The notes: generated by a model from the letters alone, not told the origin. A stretch of DNA of 64,000 bases from an uncultured Gemmatimonadaceae bacterium (GCA_963761305.1 CAVXGK010000001.1:192001-256000); one strand, 5' to 3'; positions 49,444-60,153 are shown, numbered from the stretch's first letter. Translations and numbers: made by a program.

Positions 49444-50403
49444 CTAATTCCAATTCAGCCCGCGCAGCTGGTCGAGGTTGACGTTGCCCCCCGACAGCAC
49501 CGCGACCACGCGCGATCCCTTCGGCATCTTCACCAGTCCATGCAGTAGCGCTCCGACCGGTGCGGCCGCCGCGCCCTCGACGACCAGCTTGCAGCGTTCC
49601 ATCACCCAGAGCATGGCCTCGAAGATCTCGCGATCCGGCAGCGTGACGATGTCGTCGACGAATCGCTGAACGACGGAGAGATTCAGTTCGCCGACTCGGC
49701 GCACGCGCAGGCCGTCGATGATCGTTTTGCAATCGATCGTCTCGAGCTTCCCGGCCTCGACGCTCTTCTGCATCGCCGGACCGTCGCTCGACTCGACGCC
49801 GATCACGCGGATCTTGGGGTTGTGTCCCTTCACCGCCATCGACACGCCGGAGATCAATCCTCCGCCGCCGATCGGCACGATCACCCCATCGACGTTCGGC
49901 CAGTCCTGCACGATCTCGAGGCCAAGCGTTCCCTGCCCCGCGATGAGCTGCGCGTCGTCGAACGGGTGGACGTACGTGAGGCCTTCCGTGCGCACCAGCT
50001 CCTTCGCCTTCTCGTTGGCTTCGTCCCAGATGTTGCCGTGCAGCACGACTTCGGCGCCGTACGCCTTGGTCGCCGCGATCTTGGCGGGCGTGGCGTTGGT
50101 CGCCATGCAGACGACCGCTCGAATCCCATGAATGCGCGCGGCGAGCGCCACGCCCTGCGCGTGATTCCCCGCCGACGAGCACACAACGCCTCGGCGTTTG
50201 TCCTCGTCCGCCATCAACGCGAACTTGTTGAGCGGCCCGCGAATTTTGTACGAGCCCACGCGCTGGAACAGCTCGGCCTTGAGCCGGACGTCGTAGCCGG
50301 TCGCGTCGCTCAACTGCTGCGACGTGAGCAGCGGTGTGTGCTTGATGTGCGGCGCAATCCGCGCGCGCGTCTGGACGAAATCGTCGAGCGTCAGCGTCAG
50401 CAT
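49444..50403 (-). CDS. Threonine/serine dehydratase (no regulatory domain)
   Basis: GSYKIRG, SAGNHAQG, GGGGLISG, SGGN. Confidence 0.92.
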   Translation of the reverse strand: MLTLTLDDFVQTRARIAPHIKHTPLLTSQQLSDATGYDVRLKAELFQRVGSYKIRGPLNKFALMADEDKRRGVVCSSAGNHAQGVALAARIHGIRAVVCMATNATPAKIAATKAYGAEVVLHGNIWDEANEKAKELVRTEGLTYVHPFDDAQLIAGQGTLGLEIVQDWPNVDGVIVPIGGGGLISGVSMAVKGHNPKIRVIGVESSDGPAMQKSVEAGKLETIDCKTIIDGLRVRRVGELNLSVVQRFVDDIVTLPDREIFEAMLWVMERCKLVVEGAAAAPVGALLHGLVKMPKGSRVVAVLSGGNVNLDQLRGLNWN

Positions 50404-51431
50404 TAGTGTCCGTGAGTAAGGGCGCCCCGCAGCACTCCGGCGGCGCGGCTGCAGTCGTCCGCGCTTACGTCAATGTGCGTCACGAGTCGGATCCGAGTCG
50501 AGCTCCACTCCGAAACGAGCACGCCGTGCTCGCGCGCCGCGGCGACGATGTTCGCCACCGCCTGTCCCGCGATCAGATCCACCATCACGATGTTCGTGTC
50601 CGGCTCGACGATCTCGACGCCGGGAATTCCGTTCATCGCCGCGGCCATGGCGCGCGCGTTCTCGTGATCGTCGGCCAGCCGCTCGAGCTGATGGTCGAGC
50701 GCGTAGATCGCCGCCGCGGCGAGCACGCCCGACTGGCGCATCGCGCCGCCGAACAGCTTCCGCGCCGTCCACGCGCGCTCCATCGCCTCGCGCGTTCCGG
50801 CGAGCATGGCGCCGATCGGCGCGCCGAGTCCCTTCGACAGGTCGACCATCACGGTGTCGGCCGGCGCCGACAGCTCGGCCAGCGACACGCCGCTGGCGAT
50901 GCTCGCGTTCCACAGCCGCGCGCCGTCGAGGTGGACCGGCACGCCGTTCTCCCGCGCCACCGAGCAGATCTCGCAGAAGTCGGCGAGCGGCACGACCAGG
51001 CCGCCGGCGCCGTTGTGCGTGTTCTCGACGCAGACGAGCCCCGGCGCCGGGTAGTAGCGCGAGCGCGGACGAAACGCGCGGCGCAGATCCTCGGCCGACA
51101 TCACGCGGCCGCTGGGCACGACGGGAAGAATCTGCGCGCCGCCGAGCGCCGCGACGCCGGCGATCTCGCTGTGCACGATGTGCGCGTCGACGTCGGCGAG
51201 CACTTCGGTCGCGCGCGGCACGAGGAGCCACACCGCGGCCTGATTCGCCATCACGCCGCTCGGGAAGAAGAGCGAGTCTTCCTTGCCCAACATCTTCGCG
51301 ACGCGTTCTTCGAGCCGGCGCGTCGTCGGATCGCCGTCACGCTCGTCGTCGCCGACGTCGGCCGACGCCATGGCGGCGCGCATGCCCGGCGTGGGCTTGG
51401 TGACGGTGTCGCTTCGCAGATCGATCGCCAT
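50403..51431 (-). CDS. ltaE: Low-specificity L-threonine aldolase
   Basis: DLRSDTVT, ENTHN, HLDGARLWNA, SKGLGAP, GGAMRQSG. Confidence 0.93.
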   Translation of the reverse strand: MAIDLRSDTVTKPTPGMRAAMASADVGDDERDGDPTTRRLEERVAKMLGKEDSLFFPSGVMANQAAVWLLVPRATEVLADVDAHIVHSEIAGVAALGGAQILPVVPSGRVMSAEDLRRAFRPRSRYYPAPGLVCVENTHNGAGGLVVPLADFCEICSVARENGVPVHLDGARLWNASIASGVSLAELSAPADTVMVDLSKGLGAPIGAMLAGTREAMERAWTARKLFGGAMRQSGVLAAAAIYALDHQLERLADDHENARAMAAAMNGIPGVEIVEPDTNIVMVDLIAGQAVANIVAAAREHGVLVSEWSSTRIRLVTHIDVSADDCSRAAGVLRGALTHGH

Positions 51432-51490
51432 GGCCGGGAATATGGCGTCCGGACACGCCAAACGGCATCAACGCCCGTAAGAGGCGCCCT

Positions 51491-52375
51491 TCAGTCGGTC
51501 AGCACCTCTCGCTGAAGCCGCCGCACCCGACGCAGCTCGAAGACCTGGCCGACCTCGCCGCCCAAAATGAAGATGAGCGCCGCGTAGTAGCACCAGACGA
51601 CCACGAACACGATCGCCGTCAGTGTGCCCCGGTACATCCCGACCGGGTTGAACGACGTCGTGTACGACGCGAAGGCGATCCGGGCGCCCTCGAAACAGAC
51701 GCTCGTGAACCCCGCGGCGACCCACGCCGACTGCGTCGTCACGCGACGAATCGGCAGGAACTTGTAGAGCGCGTAGAACATGAGCGCCAGAAACCCGAAC
51801 CCGAGCACGCGTCCGACCCAGTAGTCGACCCCGCTCAGCACGTCCGTGCGCAGGCCGACGGACACGAGCGCGTGCGACGCGAGGCCGACGTAGGTCGTCA
51901 CCGTGACGCTCGCCACGAACAGAAGCGTCGACACGACGGTGATCTTCACGTCGAACACCTTGCCGGCGATGATGCCGCGCTCGGTCTCGATGTCGAACAC
52001 ACTCGCCAACACGGTGCGCAGCGACCCGAACAGTCGCGTCGAAAACCACACGAAGCCGATGGCGCTGTAGAACGTGATCGACCGCCGCGTCCGCAAGAGA
52101 TCGTCGATCAGCCGGTGGAGCGGCGAGTTCGTCTCGCTGTGCGCGGGCAGCAACCGGTCGAGGAAAACGCCGATCTGATCCGTCGAGTTGATCGTGCCCG
52201 CGTACACGACCGGCAGCAAATACGTGATTCCCGCCGCCAGCAGCAGCATGAACGGGAGTGCGGCGAGCAGGATGTTGAATGCGATTCCCCCGGCGAGGAA
52301 CAGAACATTGTCCTCGCCGCTGTTATCCCAGACGCGTTTGATGTAGTCGCGCGCTGCCCAGAGGAAATCGCGCAA
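51491..52375 (-). CDS. YihY/BrkB family membrane protein
   Basis: AGGIAFNILLA, YKFLP, YYAALIFILGGE; ~6 TM. Confidence 0.88.
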   Translation of the reverse strand: MRDFLWAARDYIKRVWDNSGEDNVLFLAGGIAFNILLAALPFMLLLAAGITYLLPVVYAGTINSTDQIGVFLDRLLPAHSETNSPLHRLIDDLLRTRRSITFYSAIGFVWFSTRLFGSLRTVLASVFDIETERGIIAGKVFDVKITVVSTLLFVASVTVTTYVGLASHALVSVGLRTDVLSGVDYWVGRVLGFGFLALMFYALYKFLPIRRVTTQSAWVAAGFTSVCFEGARIAFASYTTSFNPVGMYRGTLTAIVFVVVWCYYAALIFILGGEVGQVFELRRVRRLQREVLTD

Positions 52376-52380
52376 GCCGG

Positions 52381-52872
52381 TCAGCTTTCGGTCGGCTCGT
52401 CCGATCCCGCGTTGTGCGCGCGCTTGGCCGCGTTGACGCCGGCGCTGTACGCCGCCTTGGTCGTCGAGATGCGGTTCTCGAGATCTTCGCGCGCGTCACG
52501 CGCCGCCGAGCGGCCTACGTCCATCGCGTCGCGAGCGGCCGCGCGGCCGGCGTCCACCGCACGCGTCACCTGACGGCGCTTGAGATCGATCGCGTCCTTC
52601 GCCCCGTCGATCGTCTCCTCGACACGTCGGCGCGCGTCCTGATACGTCTCGGTCACCGAGTCGCCGAGCTCGTGCGCCTTGCGGTCGGCGATCTTGCGCG
52701 CGCGGAGGGCGCGGCGCTTGAGATCGCGCCGCGTCTCTTCGCCCGACCGCGGCGCCAGCAACAACGCCGCGCCCGCACCGAGTGCCAGCCCGATGAGGAA
52801 CGGCATCACGCTGTTGGACTGCTGCTCGATCACTACGTACGGGTCGTTGTCTTCCAATTCTCGGCGTGACAT
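52381..52872 (-). CDS. YtxH-domain protein
   Basis: FLIGLALGAGAALLLAPRSGEETR. Confidence 0.88.
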   Translation of the reverse strand: MSRRELEDNDPYVVIEQQSNSVMPFLIGLALGAGAALLLAPRSGEETRRDLKRRALRARKIADRKAHELGDSVTETYQDARRRVEETIDGAKDAIDLKRRQVTRAVDAGRAAARDAMDVGRSAARDAREDLENRISTTKAAYSAGVNAAKRAHNAGSDEPTES

Positions 52873-52888
52873 CGCGGTGTCCTCTCGG

Positions 52889-54400
52889 TTAGCGTTTGCG
52901 CGCCAGCGGCTTCTTCACCGAAGCCAAGGCTCGCTCCTGCGGCAGATCTATCTTGGGCCGGCCATTGCCTACTGTTTCGTCGACCAGATGCGGCGGCGCG
53001 GGGAGTTGCGAAGTCGTCGTGGACGCGGGCGACTCGCTGAGGAACGAGAGCAGATCGCGTCGCACGTCGTCCGCGCCGATTCCGAGCAGCTTCGTGGTTC
53101 GCTCCAGGTCGCCCGACGTCGACGCGAACGTGTGGAGCGCGAGCTGTCGCCGCGCTTCGGTGGCGCTCGCGCCAACGGGAATCGTGACCGACGTCGGCGT
53201 CGCGCCCGATTCCCTGAGATGGCGCGGCATGACGTCGGTCAGAGTGATCGTGTCGCCGCGGGCCATGATGACCGAGCGTTCCACTGCGTTCTTCAATTCG
53301 CGGACGTTGCCCGGCCAGTGGTACGCGAGAATCCAGCCCCACGCGGCGTCCTCGAAGTCTCCGATCTTTTTTCTGTTCTGTTCCGCGTAGCGTGCGAGAA
53401 ACTCCGTGGCCAGCAGATGAATGTCCTCGGTTCGCTCGCGCAGCGGCGGCAGCGAGATCTCGACGACGGCGAGACGATAGTACAGGTCTTCGCGCAAATC
53501 GCCATCGACGATCGCCTGCTGGAGATCCTTGTTCGTCGCCGCGACGATGCGGATGTCGACGGTGATCTCTTTCTTGCCGCCGAGACGCCGCACCTGCTTC
53601 GTCTCGAGCGCGCGGAGCAGCTTCACCTGGATGTCCGGCGACATCTCGGCCACTTCGTCGAGGAAGATCGTGCCGCCGCTCGCCATCTCGAACGCGCCCG
53701 GCTTCTCGTTCACCGAACCGGTGAACGCGCCCTTCTCGTGGCCGAACAGCTCGTTCTCGAGGATCTCTTTCGGCAGCGCGGCGCAATTGAGCGCGAAGAA
53801 CGGTCCACTGGACCGCTCGCTCTTGCTGTGCAGCGCGCGCGCGACGAGCTCCTTCCCCGTGCCCGACTCGCCCAGGATCAGCACGCTCGCGGTCGATGGA
53901 GCGACCGCGTCGATGATCTGATACACACCGCGCATGACCTCCGACTGGCCCGTGAGCTCGCCGTAGTGCGTGAGCCCTTCGAGCCGCGACGTGAGCTCGC
54001 GGTTCTTCTCCTGGACCTCGAATTTCTCGAGCGCCTTCGGGATCAACGCCTTGAGCCGGTTGAGCTTGTCGGCGTTGAGCGGCTTCTCGATGTAGTCGTA
54101 CGCACCCTGTTGCATCGCTTGGACGGCTGAGTCGACCGTTGCCTGTCCGGTGATGATGATGCACTCGGTGGAGATCCTGCGTTGCTGTAGCTCACGCAAC
54201 AAGGCGAGCCCGTCCAGCTTGGGCATCTTGAGGTCGGCGAGCGCGACGCCGTAGCGGTCGCTCGACAGCCGCTCGAGCGCCTTCTGGCCGTCCGGAGCGA
54301 TGTCGACCGTGTATCCCTCGTCGGCCAGGATCGCGCTCAGACCGGAGGTGATCGATTGCTCGTCGTCCGCAATCAGGATCTTCGGGTTCGTGTGTTTCAT
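52889..54400 (-). CDS. Sigma54-dependent response regulator (NtrC family)
   Basis: REC (ADDE, DLKMP, KP), GESGTGKE, GAFTGS, WPGNVREL. Confidence 0.94.
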   Translation of the reverse strand: MKHTNPKILIADDEQSITSGLSAILADEGYTVDIAPDGQKALERLSSDRYGVALADLKMPKLDGLALLRELQQRRISTECIIITGQATVDSAVQAMQQGAYDYIEKPLNADKLNRLKALIPKALEKFEVQEKNRELTSRLEGLTHYGELTGQSEVMRGVYQIIDAVAPSTASVLILGESGTGKELVARALHSKSERSSGPFFALNCAALPKEILENELFGHEKGAFTGSVNEKPGAFEMASGGTIFLDEVAEMSPDIQVKLLRALETKQVRRLGGKKEITVDIRIVAATNKDLQQAIVDGDLREDLYYRLAVVEISLPPLRERTEDIHLLATEFLARYAEQNRKKIGDFEDAAWGWILAYHWPGNVRELKNAVERSVIMARGDTITLTDVMPRHLRESGATPTSVTIPVGASATEARRQLALHTFASTSGDLERTTKLLGIGADDVRRDLLSFLSESPASTTTSQLPAPPHLVDETVGNGRPKIDLPQERALASVKKPLARKR

Positions 54401-54431
54401 TCGCCGCCTGAGTGCCCGGGCAAATCGCCCC

Positions 54432-55037
54432 TCATCTAGGGAACGTAATCGTAGCGCCGCTTTCGCTGATGTCGAGATGGACTCCGGCACTACGTACCGC
54501 CAAGACAATCTCATCTCCTAGCGCAATTCTCGAACCGTCGGGTTCGCCGCCCCTTACGCTGAGGGCCAGCGGAGCCGTATCGGGTGCCGCGGCGCAAACA
54601 ACCTCGGGCGACCGTTCGACAACCGCCACGAGGACGGCGGCGATGGCCAGTCGCACGGCGGACGCCGGCGCCGAAGTCGCCCCGAGTCGCTCGGCGGACT
54701 TTTCGACCGTGACGCGGGTGCCGCGCTCAGTGGCGCCGCGCGCCGCCAGCACGGCCAGATCCCGGGCGATGCGCGCGACGTCGGACGGTTCACGCGGCGA
54801 GCGCGCCAGGGCGAGCATCGCCTCAGCCGATTGGATGACCGACTCCAGCTCGGACGCCGCGGCTTCGGCGAACGGCTTCAGCGCGGACGCGTCTCCCACA
54901 CCCTCGGTCCGCGCGCTGCGTGAGCGCACGACCTCGAGGTTGATCGCCACGCCGTTCATCGCGCCTTTGAACTGGTGCGCCGTCGCGTCGCAGAGCCGCT
55001 GGAATGTGCCCAGCCACAACTCGTCGACGGTCGCCAA
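54432..55037 (-). CDS. Sensorless histidine-kinase-like protein with degenerate ATPase domain
   Basis: AHQFKGAMNGVAINLE H-box-like helix; C-terminal GATITFPR; no N/G boxes. Confidence 0.65.
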   Translation of the reverse strand: MATVDELWLGTFQRLCDATAHQFKGAMNGVAINLEVVRSRSARTEGVGDASALKPFAEAAASELESVIQSAEAMLALARSPREPSDVARIARDLAVLAARGATERGTRVTVEKSAERLGATSAPASAVRLAIAAVLVAVVERSPEVVCAAAPDTAPLALSVRGGEPDGSRIALGDEIVLAVRSAGVHLDISESGATITFPR

Positions 55038-55040
55038 CGG

Positions 55041-56447
55041 TCAGTCGCTCAGCTCCGCGTCGTCCGGCGCGGCCGCCACCGCCACGGCGCGCGTCGGATC
55101 GTCGCGGTGAATGGCCAGCGGCTTCACGAATCGCGCGACCATGTCCGCCGTGTTGCCGATCGCCAACTGGTCGAACAGGAAGCCGAACTTCTGGTCGTAC
55201 GACGCGTCGAGCGCCGCGCGCGTCGCCTCGGGCAGGTCCCAGAGCCGCCGCTTGAACGGCCCGAGAGCCTTTTTCCGAGTCTTGTAATAGAACTGTTCGT
55301 CCGAGTCCGTCGGCTTGCGCTCGTCCTTGGCGTTTTCGTCGAGCCACCGATAGATGTCGGCGCGCAGCTCGTCCGGCAGATGATCGAACAGCATGTTCTG
55401 GAAGTTCGTCGCCAGATGGATCTCGGCCGTTTCTCGCTTGGGGAAGTTGTGGAACGCCGTGTCCGGCAACGTCGACGCGCCGTGCTGGACGGCACCGGAC
55501 AGTCCGTACTCGTCGCGCGCGACTTTCGACAATCGCTCCAGCGTATCGAGATCGAGCTTCACGTCGGCGATCGTGCCGTCGGGGAGCACCACGCCGCCGT
55601 GCGACGTGCCCGACTGCACGCTGATCTTCGACAGTCCGACCGTGCCCTGCGGCAGGCGGCGAATCAGCCCGTCCATGTACGCCCGCAACTCTTCGACCGT
55701 GCTGTTCTGCGTGCCGACTTCACCGATCTCACCGCCGATCGAAATCGTGATTCCGTCGGGCTCGAGCTCGCGCACGGTCTTCAGGATGTCGGCGCCGACC
55801 TCGCAGTTAAGGCGCTGCTGTTCGTCGAGCGTCGGCTTGGAGATGTCGACGAGCGTCGACGTGTCGATGTCGATGTTGAAGAAGCCGGCGGCGATCGCTT
55901 CGCGCGCCAACGCTTTCACCGCGTCGACCTCGGGCTTCGGATCGGCGGCGTACTTCTTGGCGTTCACCTGGAAGTGGTCGCCTTGAATGAACACCGGCCC
56001 GCGGAATCCTTCGCGAACCGCCGCCGCCAGCACGACTGCGACGTATTCGCCCGGCCGCTGGTCGGTGTACGCGATCTCCGAGCGCGCGATCTCGAGAATG
56101 AACGCGCCCGCCTTCTTGGCGATCGCGGTCCGAAAGATCGAGCGCGCCGTGTTGTACGCCATGCCGCGCACGTTCATCGCCGGCACCGTGAAGCCGTGGC
56201 ACTCGCCGCGCCCGCGCGCCATGTACAACTCGTGGATCGACGTCGGCACCGCGCCCACCGCCTGCGCGATCTCCCAGATCAGCCAGCGTGCGTGCTCTTT
56301 CTCCGGCCCGGGGCCGAAGACCGCCGAACGGACCAGCGTATCCATCGCCGGCGTCGCGACCGCGTTGACGTTCGACACCTTCACACGTCCGTCGCGCACC
56401 TGCACGGCGGATCCGAACAATTCATTGAGTGAGTCGAGAGTATTCAT
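55041..56447 (-). CDS. fba: Class II fructose-bisphosphate aldolase (long variant)
   Basis: FTVPAMN, QGDH, GEIGEVG, GTSHGG, VQHGAS. Confidence 0.88.
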   Translation of the reverse strand: MNTLDSLNELFGSAVQVRDGRVKVSNVNAVATPAMDTLVRSAVFGPGPEKEHARWLIWEIAQAVGAVPTSIHELYMARGRGECHGFTVPAMNVRGMAYNTARSIFRTAIAKKAGAFILEIARSEIAYTDQRPGEYVAVVLAAAVREGFRGPVFIQGDHFQVNAKKYAADPKPEVDAVKALAREAIAAGFFNIDIDTSTLVDISKPTLDEQQRLNCEVGADILKTVRELEPDGITISIGGEIGEVGTQNSTVEELRAYMDGLIRRLPQGTVGLSKISVQSGTSHGGVVLPDGTIADVKLDLDTLERLSKVARDEYGLSGAVQHGASTLPDTAFHNFPKRETAEIHLATNFQNMLFDHLPDELRADIYRWLDENAKDERKPTDSDEQFYYKTRKKALGPFKRRLWDLPEATRAALDASYDQKFGFLFDQLAIGNTADMVARFVKPLAIHRDDPTRAVAVAAAPDDAELSD

Positions 56448-56477
56448 GAGAGTCGTCTGACTTTCGCCGTGTCCCGT

Positions 56478-57884
56478 CTACCTGTCCACCGGTCCGCCTG
56501 TCCACCCGTATCGTGCATCCGCCTTCGGCAACAGGTTCCACTCCTGCCTCGCGCCCTCTGCGTCGACGCGACCCAGTTGCGCGTATGTGAACTGCTTCCC
56601 GAGCTCCACGCCGGGTTGATCGAGCGGATTCACGCCGTACAGCGCGCCGGCGTAGATCGTCGCGATCTCCAGCAACATGAACAGCGCTCCCAGGTGCCAC
56701 GCGTCGACGCGGTCGATGTGAAACGTCATGCTCAACCGCCCGCGTCGCGCTAGCGCGCCCGCCGTGGCCCGCTGCTCGATCGACAGCAGCTCGCCCAGCT
56801 CGTGGCCGCCGAGGTAGCCGAGCTCCTTGATGTCGGAATGTAGCGAAGGAATGGTGACGTCCGACGGCGACTCGCGCACGGCGATGAAGCTGACCGTCTT
56901 GTCGAGCGGGCCCTCCATGAACAGCTGCACCTTGCTGTGCTGATCGGTCGCGCCGAGCGCGGCCAGCGGAGTCGGACCGGCGCCGTGGTCGCCCGGCTGC
57001 CGATGCTTGCCGAGACTCTCCGCCCACAGCTGCACGAACCAATCAGCCAGGTCGCGCAGCGGATCGGAGTACGGCATCAACACGTGGATGTGACGTCCGA
57101 GCTTCGAGTCGGCGAGGTATTGCAGCGTTCCAAAGAGTCCGGCGGGATTCGTCGTGAGCTTGTCGTTCGCGCACTGGCCCACGATGTCGCGAGCGCCGGC
57201 GAGAAGTTGCGTCGTGTCCATGCCGGCCAGCGCCGCCGGGAGGATTCCGACCGGCGTCAGCACGCTGTATCGTCCGCCGACTGCCGGCGGAATGTCGAGC
57301 GCCGGAATGTGCTCGGCGTCCGCGATCGCGCGGAGCGCGCCGTTCTTCGGATCGGTCACGAACACGAGATGCGCCTTCGCGTCGCGCGTGCCTTTGTTCA
57401 GACGATCGCGCACGACGAGGTACTGCGCCATCGTCTCAGCCGTGCCGCCGGACTTCGAGATCACGACGAACACCGAACGCTCGAGGTTCAGGCGGTCGAG
57501 CAGCGCGGCGATGGTGTGCGGATCGACGTTGTCCAGCACGTGGAGGCGCGGATTCCCCTTTCGCTCCGCGTCACTGAGCGAGTTCCAGTCGGGCGCGAGC
57601 AGCGCCGTGCGCAACGCGATCGGCCCGAGCGCCGAGCCGCCGATGCCGAGCACGACGACGTCGTCGAACTTGCCCTTGGCGCTCGCGGCGAAGTCGGTGG
57701 ACTGCTTGTGCAGCGCCGCGTCTTCGGGGAGCGCGAGGAAACCCAGCTCGCCCGCCGCGTAGCGCTTGCCGAATGTCGTGTGAGCGCTCGAGAACGCCGC
57801 CGGCGCGGCCGCCCAATCCGCCGCCGAAATCCCGCCGGCGACGACGTCGCCCATCATGTTCGAGAAATCGAGATCGATCGCCAT
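56478..57884 (-). CDS. pgi: Glucose-6-phosphate isomerase
   Basis: GIGGSALG, SKSGGTAET, GGRYS, QLWAESLGK, DQPGVELGK. Confidence 0.96.
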   Translation of the reverse strand: MAIDLDFSNMMGDVVAGGISAADWAAAPAAFSSAHTTFGKRYAAGELGFLALPEDAALHKQSTDFAASAKGKFDDVVVLGIGGSALGPIALRTALLAPDWNSLSDAERKGNPRLHVLDNVDPHTIAALLDRLNLERSVFVVISKSGGTAETMAQYLVVRDRLNKGTRDAKAHLVFVTDPKNGALRAIADAEHIPALDIPPAVGGRYSVLTPVGILPAALAGMDTTQLLAGARDIVGQCANDKLTTNPAGLFGTLQYLADSKLGRHIHVLMPYSDPLRDLADWFVQLWAESLGKHRQPGDHGAGPTPLAALGATDQHSKVQLFMEGPLDKTVSFIAVRESPSDVTIPSLHSDIKELGYLGGHELGELLSIEQRATAGALARRGRLSMTFHIDRVDAWHLGALFMLLEIATIYAGALYGVNPLDQPGVELGKQFTYAQLGRVDAEGARQEWNLLPKADARYGWTGGPVDR

Positions 57885-57906
57885 GGCTGAGAGTGCGAGT
57901 GCCGCG

Positions 57907-58686
57907 TCAGTCGACGCGAACCGTGAGTCCGTCGAATGCCGGCGCGACGCCGCGCGGCAGTTCGGCCTCGAGATCCGCGTGGAAGTTGTCGTGTGTCAGG
58001 TGCGTGAGGTAAGTCCGTTCGGCGCCGACCTGCTTCGCCGCGTTCAGAGCTTCGGGAAGGCTCAAGTGCGTGGGGTGTTCGGTTCGAAACAGGGCGTTGA
58101 TCACCAGCACCTTGGCGCCCGCCAACAACCGCAGCGCATCGGGCGGGAGTGATTTGGCGTCCGTGACATACGCCAGCGGGCCGATTCGATATGCAAAGAC
58201 CGTGACACTTCCGTGCGGCACACCGACCGGCAGCACTTCCATGTCGCCGACGAAAAAGGGAACGCCCGCCGCCACGCGATGCGCTTTCCCTTCCGGCTTC
58301 GACGTCCCGGGCAGTGGCCGAATCTGGTCGTCGAAGATGTAGCGGAATTTCGACTCGAGTTCGTCCAACGTGTCCTTCGGCCCGTAGATGGGGAGCGGCG
58401 CCGCGCGGTTCACCGTGATCGCGCGCAGGTCGTCGATGCCGTGCGTATGATCGGCGTGGCCGTGCGTGTATGCCACGGCGTCGACGCGGTCGATTCCCGC
58501 GGCGATCAGCTGCAGGCGCAGCTCGGGCGGTGTGTCGATGAGCAGCCGCGTGCCGTGCGCGTCTTCCACCACCGCGCCGACGCGATTCCGCTTGTCGCGC
58601 GGGTCGGGCGACAGGCACACAGGACAGCGGCATCCGATCTTCGGCACTCCGAAGCTCGTGCCGGTGCCGAGGAAGGTGAGCTTCAC
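57907..58686 (-). CDS. MBL-fold metallo-hydrolase (PhnP/YycJ-like)
   Basis: LGTGTSFGVP..GCRCPVC, THGHADHTHG, THLTH, AFDGL. Confidence 0.92.
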   Translation of the reverse strand: MKLTFLGTGTSFGVPKIGCRCPVCLSPDPRDKRNRVGAVVEDAHGTRLLIDTPPELRLQLIAAGIDRVDAVAYTHGHADHTHGIDDLRAITVNRAAPLPIYGPKDTLDELESKFRYIFDDQIRPLPGTSKPEGKAHRVAAGVPFFVGDMEVLPVGVPHGSVTVFAYRIGPLAYVTDAKSLPPDALRLLAGAKVLVINALFRTEHPTHLSLPEALNAAKQVGAERTYLTHLTHDNFHADLEAELPRGVAPAFDGLTVRVD

Positions 58687-58723
58687 GGCCGCGTCGCCGC
58701 GGACCGATCCCGCGCCTCCGTGC

Positions 58724-60127
58724 TCACACCGTCTCGACCTTGAGGAGATTGGTCGTGCCGGGCACGTCGAACGGCACACCGGCCGTGACGACCACCCGGT
58801 CGCCCGTGCGCGCGAGCCCGCGGCGCTGGACGGCCTCGAGCGCCAGCCCGACCATCTCGTCGTAGGTGTTGCAGTGCTTCACCAGCTCCGGCACGACGCC
58901 CCACACCAGCGCGAGCTGGCGAAACGTGCGCGGCACGTCGGTGAGCACGAGAATCGGCACGCTCGGCCGATGTGCCGCGACAACGCGTGCACTGAACCCG
59001 CTCTTCGTGAACACGATCAGCACCGGCGCGCCGAGCATCGTCACTGCTGCCGCGCTCGCCGCGGCGATCGCGAACTCGGTCGACACGGCGGTCTCGGCGC
59101 GACGCCGATCCTCGCGATGACGCGGCCGCACGCGGGTCTCGATCTCTGTAATGATGCGCGTCATCGCTTCGACGGCGAGCCGCGGATACTGTCCTGTCGC
59201 CGTTTCCGCCGACAGCATTACCGCGTCGGTGCCGTCGAGGATCGCGTTGGCGACATCGCTCGCTTCGGCGCGCGTGGGCCGCGGATGCGTGATCATTGAC
59301 TCGAGCATTTGCGTCGCCGTGATCACCGGCCGGCCGAGCCGGTTGCAGAGAGCGATGATCCGCTTCTGCGCGTACGGGACTTCCTCGAACGGCAGCTCCA
59401 CACCGAGGTCGCCGCGAGCGACCATGATGCCGTCCGACGCGCGGATGATCGTCTCGATGTTCTCGAGCGCCGAGTCCTTCTCGATCTTCGCCACGACCAG
59501 CATGTGCCTCGGCACGAGCTGCCGCAGCTCGGCGATGTCCTGGGCGCGCCGCACGAAGCTGAGCGCTACGTACTCGAGCTCCTGCTCGACGGCGAACGCG
59601 ATGTCCTCGCGATCCTTCGTCGTGATCGACGGCGCCGACACCTGCACGCCTGGCAGGTTGATGCCCTTGTGACTCGACAGCTGGCCGCCGTGGACGACGC
59701 GCGCCGTGACGCGCGGCTTGCTGACGTCGAGCACCACCAGCTCGATCAACCCGTCGTTGATGAGGATGCGGTCGCCGTCGTGCACGTCGTCGGCGAGCGC
59801 TTCGTAGGTGACCGGAACCTCGTCGCCGGTCTCCTTCCCCTCGGGCGCGAAGACGACGTCGCTGCCGTCGGCGAGATCGCGAGGCTTGCCCAGCTCGCCG
59901 ATGCGGATGCGCGGGCCTTGGAGATCGCCCAGGATGGCGATCGGCTTGCCGGTTTCGGCGGCCACGTCGCGAATCAGCGCGATCGTCGCCGCGTGCTGTT
60001 CGTGCGTGCTATGAGAGAAGTTGATTCGCGCGACGTTGAGTCCGGCGCCCACGAGTCCGCGCAGCGCGTCGCGCGTCGAGCTCGCCGGGCCCAACGTGCA
60101 GACGATCTTGGTTCGGCAGTATCGCAA
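58724..60127 (-). CDS. pyk: Pyruvate kinase (start approximate)
   Basis: RTKIVCTLGP, RINFSH, AKIE, MVARGDLGVE, ATQMLESM, PTRAE. Confidence 0.96.
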   Translation of the reverse strand: MRYCRTKIVCTLGPASSTRDALRGLVGAGLNVARINFSHSTHEQHAATIALIRDVAAETGKPIAILGDLQGPRIRIGELGKPRDLADGSDVVFAPEGKETGDEVPVTYEALADDVHDGDRILINDGLIELVVLDVSKPRVTARVVHGGQLSSHKGINLPGVQVSAPSITTKDREDIAFAVEQELEYVALSFVRRAQDIAELRQLVPRHMLVVAKIEKDSALENIETIIRASDGIMVARGDLGVELPFEEVPYAQKRIIALCNRLGRPVITATQMLESMITHPRPTRAEASDVANAILDGTDAVMLSAETATGQYPRLAVEAMTRIITEIETRVRPRHREDRRRAETAVSTEFAIAAASAAAVTMLGAPVLIVFTKSGFSARVVAAHRPSVPILVLTDVPRTFRQLALVWGVVPELVKHCNTYDEMVGLALEAVQRRGLARTGDRVVVTAGVPFDVPGTTNLLKVETV

Positions 60128-60153
60128 TTCGACCGGTTCTGTTGACGACGTGA

